DNA of 37,221 nucleotides from a virus (lineage: Duplodnaviria > Caudoviricetes). This document shows, in pieces, positions 1 to 9,160 of this stretch. Position numbers and translations under genes: made by a program. The notes under the pieces are model-generated. The model worked only from the letters and a program-made list of their open reading frames with translations. It was not told the DNA's origin and made no database searches. Numbering within the stretch: the stretch's first letter is position 1; every line of letters starts with the position of its first letter. The stretch lies in IMG/VR virus record IMGVR_UViG_3300044723_001306, positions 1-37,221 of that record; one strand, written 5' to 3'.

Positions 1-1164
1 AAATCTGGCTTCGGTATAGAAAATATTTGTTGTACCTTCTACTACATCATCTGTATCAAATTCTGTAAAATCTATTGCTAATGTAGGTGTTTGTCCTTCA
101 CCAGAAGTAACATCAATAGATATTCCTGTTCCACCAGTAATACTTTGTACATAATCACCAATAGTATCTGTAGATAAATTAACAGGGTCATTAATCCATA
201 CAGAACCATTGTATCTTAAAAAGTCACCATTAGCAGGGCTAGTAAGAGTAACATCGTTCATCTCACTTAATTCATTTTCAGAAGCTACTGCACTATCTAC
301 ATAGGTTTCTGTAGCATAACTATTTGTTGTCAGGTAGGTTCCGACCCTTGTGTCTGTGTAGTATAAATTAATTGAGCCTTCTGATAAATCATCAGTATCG
401 GCAGCTGCCATTTTTGTGTCCCAACGAGCAGTTGTATAGTATAAATTATTTGAGCCTTCAACTATGTCGTCAGTGTCATGATTACTTACATCTGATACAG
501 TTCCAGTAATATTTCCAGTAACGTTGCCTTCAATATTTGCAATTAATGTAGCAGTAGCATGACCTGAATCACCAGTGTCTACTAATGTATTTGGTTCTGT
601 TTCGTTACCAGTCCAAAGTATAAATTTATCTTGTGAAGCATCCCAAGTAAAACCTAAATATTTTGTTGTTGAAGATTCTTGATACTCTCCATACCAACCT
701 AAGTCAACAGTGTCTAAAGTGTTTCCTTCACCTAGTTTCATCAATACATCTTCAATTGTTACTGTTGAAGTATTAATTGTTACTGTGTCACCTTGAACTG
801 TTAAGTCACCTGATATTGTTAAATCATTTGATACTGTTAAGTTTGTAAATGTAGGACTATCTGAGGTACCAAGTCCTAAAGAAGTTCTTACTGTTGCGCC
901 GCTTTCTACTATCCAAGCGCTTCCGTTGGATACTATAAAATTGCCATCAGCGTGAGTTAATCCAGCTATTGCAGCTAAGTCTGTATCATAAGCAAGGATA
1001 TCTGTTCCAATACCAAGACCTAATGCAGTCCTAGCACCAGATGCTGTAGTAGAACCTGTACCACCATCATCTATTCCTATAAATTCAACGGCTTGTAATT
1101 CAGCGAAACCAATGGCGTTACCGCCATTATCATAATTGACTCTTACTGGTGTTTTTTCTGACAT
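1..1164 (-). CDS. Tail fibre / virion structural protein, runs off the left end (not in the ORF track)
   Basis: Manual translation from ATG 1164 (TAATG overlap with the upstream stop): MSEKTPVRVNYD...GGTGSTTASGARTALGLG...GDLTVQGDTVTINTSTVTIED..., with three TDD(I/L/V)xEGxxN(L/I)(Y/F)YTxxR repeats typical of phage fibres; open to position 1. Confidence 0.85.
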   Translation of the reverse strand, partial: MSEKTPVRVNYDNGGNAIGFAELQAVEFIGIDDGGTGSTTASGARTALGLGIGTDILAYDTDLAAIAGLTHADGNFIVSNGSAWIVESGATVRTSLGLGTSDSPTFTNLTVSNDLTISGDLTVQGDTVTINTSTVTIEDVLMKLGEGNTLDTVDLGWYGEYQESSTTKYLGFTWDASQDKFILWTGNETEPNTLVDTGDSGHATATLIANIEGNVTGNITGTVSDVSNHDTDDIVEGSNNLYYTTARWDTKMAAADTDDLSEGSINLYYTDTRVGTYLTTNSYATETYVDSAVASENELSEMNDVTLTSPANGDFLRYNGSVWINDPVNLSTDTIGDYVQSITGGTGISIDVTSGEGQTPTLAIDFTEFDTDDVVEGTTNIFYTEARF

Positions 1165-2327
1165 TATTCAGCTACTTCCATATCTACTACTTGTTCACTT
1201 CCAGATGAATTTAATACTGTTAATTCTAATGTACTGTTGTCGGATTTAGCTGGCATTAAAATGTCTTGCTCTGTACCATTAGACTGCAAAAGTGGGATTG
1301 CTCTAGTACTTAAACCAACGCTAGTACCACCACCTGAAACAGGGTCTGTTGTTTGCACGTTAAAGAATTTATTTCTTAGTGGCATTCCAGCATTTACACC
1401 TGTTTGTGTCACTACTGGTACTTTACTAGACATTGAAAAAGTTTTGGGTATATTGTTCTTTAAAGTTACTTTATTTGTATTAGTATCTGTTTCTAGTGTG
1501 ACTTTATCTCTGGTTTCTAAGTATCTAGAATCCATACCAGTTTCTTCGTTAGATTCAAAAGTAACAGTATCTTCTGATTGTCCTGCTTGTATTGTATTTT
1601 GTCCTGTAGCAGCAACGTTTTTAAAAGCATTTTGATTTAATTCACCTGAAGTGCTTGCAGATATTGTTAATGTATCTGTAGATTCATCTGTTGATATAGA
1701 TACATTAGAACCAGCAACAATATTAAGAGTATCACTTGCTTGGTCTGCAATAAGGTTAGAACCACCAGCTACAACTGTACTAAATCCATTACCTGTACCT
1801 CCGCCACTTGAAGATATAGTAATATTCTTAGTAACATTGTCTGTAGTTATAGTTACATTGTTTCCAGCTACTAAACTTAGTGTTTCAGATAGATTACCTG
1901 CCTGTACAGTGTCCTGACCTGAGACAACAAACCCACCAAAAGCGTACTGTTGTGAGGGTAGGTCAGTCCAAGATAAATTTCCGTAACCATCTGTTTTAAG
2001 AATTTGATTAGCGTTTCCTGTAGTTCCGTTAAGTAAAAATCTACCTGATAATAGGTCTAAAGCACCGTCTGTTGTTATTTGTACTTGGGGAGTTGAATCA
2101 GGAGCAAAGATTATTTTTTTTGAAGCAGTTGTACCTACTACAAATGTACCGTCAGATAAAATACTCTGACCATCAAGGTACATATCATGTTCAATATCTG
2201 ATATGTTTACTGTTGCATTACTTAGTTGATAGCCGTAAGGTGTACCATTGGAATCTACGTCAAATACGTGGTCGGCTGAGGAGCTTCCGCTTATCTGGCT
2301 AGTCGAACTATGAGTTACATCAGCCAT
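1164..2327 (-). CDS. Tail fibre-like structural protein with ~50-aa internal repeats
   Basis: S/T/G/N-rich; GNANQILKTDGYGNLSW fibre motif; three copies of F..V...G...(I/V).A....(D/E)T(L/V)...AG.NV.I.TD-like repeat; start overlaps the upstream gene end. Confidence 0.75.
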   Translation of the reverse strand: MADVTHSSTSQISGSSSADHVFDVDSNGTPYGYQLSNATVNISDIEHDMYLDGQSILSDGTFVVGTTASKKIIFAPDSTPQVQITTDGALDLLSGRFLLNGTTGNANQILKTDGYGNLSWTDLPSQQYAFGGFVVSGQDTVQAGNLSETLSLVAGNNVTITTDNVTKNITISSSGGGTGNGFSTVVAGGSNLIADQASDTLNIVAGSNVSISTDESTDTLTISASTSGELNQNAFKNVAATGQNTIQAGQSEDTVTFESNEETGMDSRYLETRDKVTLETDTNTNKVTLKNNIPKTFSMSSKVPVVTQTGVNAGMPLRNKFFNVQTTDPVSGGGTSVGLSTRAIPLLQSNGTEQDILMPAKSDNSTLELTVLNSSGSEQVVDMEVAE

Positions 2328-2595
2328 TATTTATAAACTCAGACCCGAAACTTCCTCCTAACTGTCTGTATATTGTTTTTAATCTATCTATTTCATCTAT
2401 AATTACATTTACTGCTTCAAGCCAATCCATATATTCAGAATGATTTTCATCTAATCTATCTACCATTAATTCAAAATGTGCTCTTTCTGCAGCTGCTATA
2501 CGTTGTAATACATAGTCTTTTTTAAATTCATCATTAACAAATTTATATTCAATTTGCCAAGGTTTTATTACTTCATGTTCTTTTGATTCTTCCAT
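2320..2595 (-). CDS. Small helical hypothetical protein, possibly fibre assembly-related; resembles 34287..34499
   Basis: 91-aa ORF coupled to both neighbours (TAATG overlap at 2595, GGAGGG upstream). Confidence 0.7.
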   Translation of the reverse strand: MEESKEHEVIKPWQIEYKFVNDEFKKDYVLQRIAAAERAHFELMVDRLDENHSEYMDWLEAVNVIIDEIDRLKTIYRQLGGSFGSEFINNG

Positions 2596-4328
2596 TATCC
2601 CTCCAATACATCGATTCTAGCAGTTAAATCTAAAATCTGTGTGCTTAGTTCTTGTACTGCTTTTACTAATGGTCCTATTAATTGATAGTAATTAAAATGG
2701 GGATGTCTATTACCGTCTACCTCATATGCTTCACATTCTTCTACAGTGTGGTGCAACCAATTACTTACTGAACCATCTTCTTCTGTATATTTAAAATGCG
2801 AACTACAGCAATCATTTTCACAATAAAATGATTCACTATTATCGCAGATTACAGGGTGACTACATCTAGTGTTATATGAGTATTTTTCTGAATCATCGAC
2901 TACTAAATAATAATCATCCCAACCATTTGATTCTAATATAGCTGTAACATCTTCAGCAATTACACCTGTATATTTTTTATCAGAATGGTCAGCAGTTATA
3001 TAATTAAATTGCTTTACTGGTAATGCTTCAATAAAATCTAAACCCAAACCAGTATCTTCTATGTTGGTTTTTGTGTTTTGTGATGATGAGTTTACTAAAG
3101 TACCATAAAATGTACCTCCATGAAAATCTCTAGAAAATACATCTAACATTCTATTTGTGGATGAAGTACCAACTCGTTTAGAGTTACTAGATTGAGGTAC
3201 TATATCTCTATAAAGGTTTAAATCAAGGACACCTATACTAAGAACTGAAGTGTGAGTATGTGCAGTACCACTAGAAGATATTGTTACGTTGTAGTCTCCA
3301 CCACTTCCACTATTAGAAACAGTTATACCAGACCCACTAATAAAGTTTACACTTTGAGTACTACTTACTGTACCTACATTATTTCCATCTTCTCTTAATC
3401 TCCAATAACTATAGTTATCAAAAGTACCGTGAGCAGTAGAACTGTTAGCGTGATTATTAAAAGCTGTATCCCCTATTAAGTTACTATGTGTATGGTCACT
3501 TTCATTAACATATCTAGTGTCAGCGGCAGATTGTGTAAGAAAACTTGTATGGTCACTATCTGCGTGTGAACCGCTAGCATTTACCCATTCAAGACCATTA
3601 GAAGTTCTTTGTAAGGTTTGACCAGAAGTACCAAAACCATTGTATGCTTTTAAATTATTAGGTATAAAGTCACCACCTATTTTTACTTCACCATAAAAAT
3701 AAACATCATTGTTTTGTGCGTTAACTCTGTATATATCTACATTTTGGTTTGATATAGTCAATTCATAAATTTGTCCTAATGGGTCTGAACTATAACTTCT
3801 TCCATCGCTAGTAGAACTATCAGAAACATATGCAGCATTAAATTCTATATCTTGAGTGCCAGCACCATCAAATGTTAAGTTAGGGTTTGCTGTTGCACCA
3901 GATAATACAAATTTATCACCAGCACTTATAATTATTTTATTTCCAGAAGAATTAGAATTTAGATATAAGTTGTTGTTATATTCATATATTTCAGCAGAAC
4001 CAATTGTTATACTTTGGCTACCATCATTAGGTGGGTCTTCATTATTAGAAGAAGATTGTTTAACGTTTATATCAATATCAAAATACTGTGCTATACCTGT
4101 AGTATTATCAAGTCTCCAACCCGTATTTGTTGAAGCGTCAAAATTAGAAGATTCAACTCCATCTTCATCAACTACAATACCTCCTATGTGTCCTGATACT
4201 GCATAGATTGCACCTGCACTAGTAACATAAAATTTTGTATCTGAATCACTTTGAGCAGTGCTGAAATTATTAGAAACCCCAGTTCCTATCCAGAGATTAC
4301 CGTTTGTATCTATATTAAAATTTGCCAT
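2595..4328 (-). CDS. Tail fibre/spike with C-terminal intramolecular chaperone (Peptidase S74-like)
   Basis: C-terminus SSQNTKTNI...GLDFIEAL.VKQFNY...GVIAEDV...NYYQLIGPLVKAVQEL...coiled coil matches the S74 auto-cleaving chaperone pattern. Confidence 0.85.
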   Translation of the reverse strand: MANFNIDTNGNLWIGTGVSNNFSTAQSDSDTKFYVTSAGAIYAVSGHIGGIVVDEDGVESSNFDASTNTGWRLDNTTGIAQYFDIDINVKQSSSNNEDPPNDGSQSITIGSAEIYEYNNNLYLNSNSSGNKIIISAGDKFVLSGATANPNLTFDGAGTQDIEFNAAYVSDSSTSDGRSYSSDPLGQIYELTISNQNVDIYRVNAQNNDVYFYGEVKIGGDFIPNNLKAYNGFGTSGQTLQRTSNGLEWVNASGSHADSDHTSFLTQSAADTRYVNESDHTHSNLIGDTAFNNHANSSTAHGTFDNYSYWRLREDGNNVGTVSSTQSVNFISGSGITVSNSGSGGDYNVTISSSGTAHTHTSVLSIGVLDLNLYRDIVPQSSNSKRVGTSSTNRMLDVFSRDFHGGTFYGTLVNSSSQNTKTNIEDTGLGLDFIEALPVKQFNYITADHSDKKYTGVIAEDVTAILESNGWDDYYLVVDDSEKYSYNTRCSHPVICDNSESFYCENDCCSSHFKYTEEDGSVSNWLHHTVEECEAYEVDGNRHPHFNYYQLIGPLVKAVQELSTQILDLTARIDVLEG

Positions 4329-4329
4329 A

Positions 4330-7300
4330 TTATCCTATGTGTATTGAACCTGCGTTTATATTTAAAGTTCCAGCTATAGTTGCTCCAGAAGCAACCATTG
4401 TTCCATCTGAATCTACTCTAAAGTTAGCACTACCAAATACTGAATTTCCCATAAATAATTGTCCACTGCTATTTACATTAAATGCATTGTTTCCAATATT
4501 TATTGTAGCACCAGTTATAGAACCTCTAAACGTTCCTTCATTAAATTCTACAGTACCATCTGAGTTCAAACTAAAACCTGCTGAACCTGATGTATAGTTA
4601 CCTTTAATACTTGTATTACCTGCATCTAACTCTAAGTTACCTGCTGTAAGTTTATCTGCTGCGATTGTCCAACCGCCAATATCTCCAGTAGTTGCAGTTA
4701 TGTTTCCTCTTATTAAAGCATCATTAATTTCTATAAATCCATCCGGATATCCTGTATCTTGCTTTCTAATTGTCCAACCTGTACTACCTGCTGAGTAGTT
4801 ATCAGACTCAATGATATTACCTATCTTAGCATTAACAATTGCTGCGTCTACAATCTTTGCAGTAGTAACAGCTAGATTATTTATTTTTGCTTCTGTAATA
4901 GCAGCATCTTCAATATATTTAGTTTCAACTAAAGTTCCAGCTGATTCTTGTTGGTCAGAAGGAACAGACTCGTTACCTGCATTATCTACTGCTGTAAATC
5001 TAAAGAAATGAGAAGAACCATTACTTAAAGCTATTTCATCAACTACGGGAATATTATTTCTTATGTTTCCAGCAGAAGCAGATATTTTACCTTTAGGCTC
5101 CATACCTGTAATAGAAAAACCATCCTGTGTAGACACATATACATTTAAATGATTTATATCGTTTTCTAATGTGAAATCTACTACAGGGTCGATTGCTTGT
5201 CCTTGGTCATCAACAGCTCTACCTAAACTATGTACTATTTGAACTCTTAAAGCGCCAGGTGTTATTGTATCAGCAGGTCCAGGCTTAGAAGGAGCATCAG
5301 AGTCAATAGCAGTTGTAATTGTTGCAGATACGTAATCATTAAAGTCACCATTACTATTTACAGGTTGTACTCCAACTTCATAATTAGTCGCAATATCTAG
5401 TCCTTCAATCGTAAATTCTTCAGTACCCCAGTTAACAGTTAATTGTGTATAAGGGTCTGTACTAGCAACTTTTCTGTATCTAATACGATACATCGTTCCA
5501 TTTTGAATAATTGTTCCATCAGTATTTAAAGGAGTGTCCCAAGTAACTTTAATGATAGCTCTTGCAACTCCTAAAGCATCTTCTAAAAATCCAGAGATTA
5601 AAGCTAAATTACCAATACTTCTAGGTTGAGAAAATTTATCTCCAAGAGTTAGACCACTTGTGACTTGACTAAATCTTAAGTCATCTCCAAGTTTTAAAGG
5701 TAAGTCACCTACTTCTAAAGTTGTACCTGCTGTTTCAAAACTTACATAAGGGGTAAGGTCAACATATTCAACTAAATTAGATGAAGATGAACGTAATCTT
5801 CTTAAGTAAATACCGTAACCAGATTTGACAGGCCATGTAATAGAAGTAACTCTTATTTTTTCTGGGTTAATAAATTGACCTTGATAAGATACTTCAAATT
5901 TAGATGTTCTTGTAGGGTCTTCTGTTACTTTGTCGTCGTTATCTTCAAAACCTAAATCAGGGTCATAAACAAATATATTATCGCCTACTTCAAAATCTCC
6001 TTGTATGTCATAAAAATCTAAATCTAAATTAATACTTCTTTTAGTTCTTTTTAGTTCATTTAAAAACGCAAGAGCTCTTTCTTGTCTTGTCATATATGGA
6101 TGGTCAGGTTCTGTTACGTATATTGCTCTTTCTAATTCTTCACCATTAATACCTCTGTATGGGTTATTATCATCAATGACATCTAAAGCATCGTAGCTAC
6201 TTCCATCACCATAATCTGCAATGTATTCAACAACTGATACATATTCAGATGCATCAAAAGAAGATTTTATAGCAGAAGGATTTAAACCAGTTATTGAGGG
6301 GTCATCGCCACTATTTTCTCTAACTACTAACACTGTTGGGTCTGCATTATGACCAGCAAATAAATCTTCTCTAGGTCCTACGTCTAATAACAACTTTCCT
6401 TGATTAGTACCACCTGGTATTGGTCTAGGTGTGTCATCTGCCGAAGTACCTATTCTTAATCTATATTCTACATCTAATTGAGTAGTCATTTTGTCCAGTG
6501 CACTTTTTACAGTTTCAATATGATGTTTACCATAATATGCGTTTTGAGTTGATTCTACAGTAGGAGCGGAAGTTGGAACAGTGAATGTAGCAGTTCCATC
6601 ACTAGCAATATTTACTTGACCTTCACCTTTAGTCCATTTTAAAGCATCAATATATCCATAAAAATAATCACCACCTTGAGATTTACCTATTGATAAATCC
6701 ATTCCTGCAACATCATAATTTTTTAAATCAGGTGTAGGTACTTTAATACTTTTATCTGATTGAAAAGTACTGACCATAGTTCCATTTTTAAATGTATAAA
6801 AATCTACACCTTTACGAACGACTGCAAAGTGATTCCATTGTCCGTAATCAATTGTTCCCAAACTAACACCATCTGCTATATCAAAAGCATTAGTTACTCC
6901 ACTATTTGTAGCAGCAACTACTTCAGATGACCTTATATAAATTTTAGAGGTATTAGCACCGTTAGTATTTAAACCAAATATAAATGAAGGTAAACTGTTG
7001 TGAGTCGTTTGTGCAAGAACAGGACCATGTTTAGTTGCTGTTCTAGGTGTTGAACCTAAAGAAGTATTGCCATGAAAAAAGGAATTACTATCTTGCCAAA
7101 ACTCAGAAAACACTGCTTGGTATGTATCAGTTAATTTATAATAATTTTCATCTCCCTCATCAGTTTCAGTTATAGACCTGTCGCCAGCATAATATTCAGG
7201 GTAATCAGTAGAAGTCCAACCAGAAGCAGTCCAGAAATCAACACTAGGTCTAGACATAACATCGTCAATTATATCTTGTATGTTTTGTGATGTTGATACA

Positions 7301-8460
7301 GTATATGTTCCGCCAGGATTACCGGTAATATTGTAATTGCCAGTATTACCTGTAGATGTACCAGGTTGTCCTACTTGATATTGTCTTTTATTTAAAAAGG
7401 TTGTTGGTATAGATAAGCCTGAATACCAGTTATTATTATTTGCAGCATTTAAGTTTCCTAAAGAGTGTGTAGTTGTAGTTGAATTATTTGCAAGTAGCCT
7501 GTTTATGTGTTTTTGATATCTATTAGCCATACCAGAATTAATGTAAAAACCACCACCAGTTTTTCTTATAGAGGCAAAAAACATTAAAGATGCAGCAATA
7601 TCTCCGTATTGACCATCTAGTTGATTAGCATTTGTAACACCTGTTCCATCTTTTTGTTTATAAAAATTTGTAAATAAAGATTTGCTAAAACCATTGTTAC
7701 CTCTGTGATAAGCAATAGCTACCATAATTTCAAAGTGTGTTTGGGCTAAAGTACTATCATATGGAAAACAATCTTCATTACCAGCCATAGCACTTTTTAC
7801 TGCTGACACATAACCACCAGATTTAGTACATAACCATAGAGACTGTGCTCTTGCATGTGAATAGCTGTATCTCTGATTACTATTAGAACTATCGTCACCT
7901 GTGTATTTAAAAGGTAAATCCTTACCGGTTTGTAATGTTCCGTTATTGTCTAGCCAATAACCACCATTATTGTTTACTAACGCAGAATCAAAACTAGCAG
8001 GAAATGTATATGTAGTTCCGTTAATCTCTATTCCATTAGTGTAAAAGGCATTGAAAAACTGGTCGTAAGTCATTCCGTAAGGATGAAATGTTGCTCCCAT
8101 ACCAACAGTCAATGTACCATTAGGTTTACCATGTAAAGTAGGGCTATATGGAATACGTGAACCTGATACACCAGTGTTAGAACTTAAGTAATTAACTCTT
8201 CTTTGATATTCTTTAGAACCATTTGTAAATTGAGTTTCATTATAAGGGTCTTCATGATGATACCAAACACCTTTTGCATTGTATGTTGAATTATGTAGTT
8301 TATCATCCATTGGAGGTGTTAAACCTTCTGCTAAAGTTTTGCTAATTACTAATGGATATTTATCATCATATATATATGGAACAAATCCTTCATCAGGATA
8401 AATTAGATTATCTATGAAGGTATTATCTACAGTTGCGTTTGCTAAATCAAATTGAGGCAT
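4330..8460 (-). CDS. Large tail-tip protein: GH24 lysozyme-like domain, LamG C-terminal half, hub-like region, fibronectin type III-like domain, beta-repeat fibre end
   Basis: DEGFVPYIYDD...GTLTVGMG...AYHRG (T4-lysozyme-like); WNHFAVVR...YGYID (LamG); VTWDTP...YRIRYRK...IEGLDIATNYEVGVQPVN (FN3); IEDAAITEAKI.NLAVTTAKI repeats. Confidence 0.8.
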   Translation of the reverse strand: MPQFDLANATVDNTFIDNLIYPDEGFVPYIYDDKYPLVISKTLAEGLTPPMDDKLHNSTYNAKGVWYHHEDPYNETQFTNGSKEYQRRVNYLSSNTGVSGSRIPYSPTLHGKPNGTLTVGMGATFHPYGMTYDQFFNAFYTNGIEINGTTYTFPASFDSALVNNNGGYWLDNNGTLQTGKDLPFKYTGDDSSNSNQRYSYSHARAQSLWLCTKSGGYVSAVKSAMAGNEDCFPYDSTLAQTHFEIMVAIAYHRGNNGFSKSLFTNFYKQKDGTGVTNANQLDGQYGDIAASLMFFASIRKTGGGFYINSGMANRYQKHINRLLANNSTTTTHSLGNLNAANNNNWYSGLSIPTTFLNKRQYQVGQPGTSTGNTGNYNITGNPGGTYTVSTSQNIQDIIDDVMSRPSVDFWTASGWTSTDYPEYYAGDRSITETDEGDENYYKLTDTYQAVFSEFWQDSNSFFHGNTSLGSTPRTATKHGPVLAQTTHNSLPSFIFGLNTNGANTSKIYIRSSEVVAATNSGVTNAFDIADGVSLGTIDYGQWNHFAVVRKGVDFYTFKNGTMVSTFQSDKSIKVPTPDLKNYDVAGMDLSIGKSQGGDYFYGYIDALKWTKGEGQVNIASDGTATFTVPTSAPTVESTQNAYYGKHHIETVKSALDKMTTQLDVEYRLRIGTSADDTPRPIPGGTNQGKLLLDVGPREDLFAGHNADPTVLVVRENSGDDPSITGLNPSAIKSSFDASEYVSVVEYIADYGDGSSYDALDVIDDNNPYRGINGEELERAIYVTEPDHPYMTRQERALAFLNELKRTKRSINLDLDFYDIQGDFEVGDNIFVYDPDLGFEDNDDKVTEDPTRTSKFEVSYQGQFINPEKIRVTSITWPVKSGYGIYLRRLRSSSSNLVEYVDLTPYVSFETAGTTLEVGDLPLKLGDDLRFSQVTSGLTLGDKFSQPRSIGNLALISGFLEDALGVARAIIKVTWDTPLNTDGTIIQNGTMYRIRYRKVASTDPYTQLTVNWGTEEFTIEGLDIATNYEVGVQPVNSNGDFNDYVSATITTAIDSDAPSKPGPADTITPGALRVQIVHSLGRAVDDQGQAIDPVVDFTLENDINHLNVYVSTQDGFSITGMEPKGKISASAGNIRNNIPVVDEIALSNGSSHFFRFTAVDNAGNESVPSDQQESAGTLVETKYIEDAAITEAKINNLAVTTAKIVDAAIVNAKIGNIIESDNYSAGSTGWTIRKQDTGYPDGFIEINDALIRGNITATTGDIGGWTIAADKLTAGNLELDAGNTSIKGNYTSGSAGFSLNSDGTVEFNEGTFRGSITGATINIGNNAFNVNSSGQLFMGNSVFGSANFRVDSDGTMVASGATIAGTLNINAGSIHIG

Positions 8461-8464
8461 AATA

Positions 8465-9160
8465 TCACGGTGTTAACCGGTACTCCCACCATTCGACTGT
8501 AAAATCGTCTGAATGTAAAACAAAATCTGGTTTATATTTAACAGTCAGATGTGCATTAGTATTTTCAGTTAAGTTAAGACTAGTGTTTCCAAACTTTGCT
8601 TGGTCTGTAGATATTTCTGCACCTTGATGAAATATAACTTTATGCTTTCTATCTGTTTCGTCAGTAGTAGATTGGTCTGTATCAGAACCTTCAAAATTTA
8701 AAAGTAAGTCAGTCTCTTGTATTGTTTTTTCAGTAATAGTACCGGGAAATACTCCTCTTAATGTACCAGTGTCATTACGTCTTAGTATTCCATAAGGCTG
8801 ACCATCATCATTGTTTATAAAATATTCTAATGTAACACCTGTATAGTCTCTTGGTCTGGTAGAAGCACCAGCATCAGTTATAGGCATACCTTTATTTTCA
8901 TTGTCACCTATATAAAAATTTAATCCAGCTCCTTCTATATAAGCTACATCTGGCTCTAATGACAAAGTTCTAATTACTCCTACATATTCAGACATAGGTA
9001 ATATTACTTGGTCAACTCTGTCTTGGGTTTCTACTTCTCCATTAGTTATAACTATTTGGTCAAAAGGTTGTATTGCATTAAGTATTGCATTTGGAACTAG
9101 AGATAAATCTAACGCAACGTTAAAGCCACCTTGAGACATTAACTTTTCTGTAACTGACAT
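8465..9160 (-). CDS. Minor tail protein: N-terminal part of the hub, ending in the N-terminal half of a LamG domain
   Basis: Follows the distal-tail gene with TAATG coupling; ends LLLNFEG...ISTDQAKFGNTSL...DFTVEWW, the usual opening of LamG/concanavalin A-like domains in phage tails. Confidence 0.7.
   Translation of the reverse strand: MSVTEKLMSQGGFNVALDLSLVPNAILNAIQPFDQIVITNGEVETQDRVDQVILPMSEYVGVIRTLSLEPDVAYIEGAGLNFYIGDNENKGMPITDAGASTRPRDYTGVTLEYFINNDDGQPYGILRRNDTGTLRGVFPGTITEKTIQETDLLLNFEGSDTDQSTTDETDRKHKVIFHQGAEISTDQAKFGNTSLNLTENTNAHLTVKYKPDFVLHSDDFTVEWWEYRLTP

Noticed and set aside
4326-8470. Stop-codon reassignment as the cause of the split tail genes
   Set aside because: Both junctions change frame by +1, and TAA, TAG and TGA all end genes normally elsewhere in the window.
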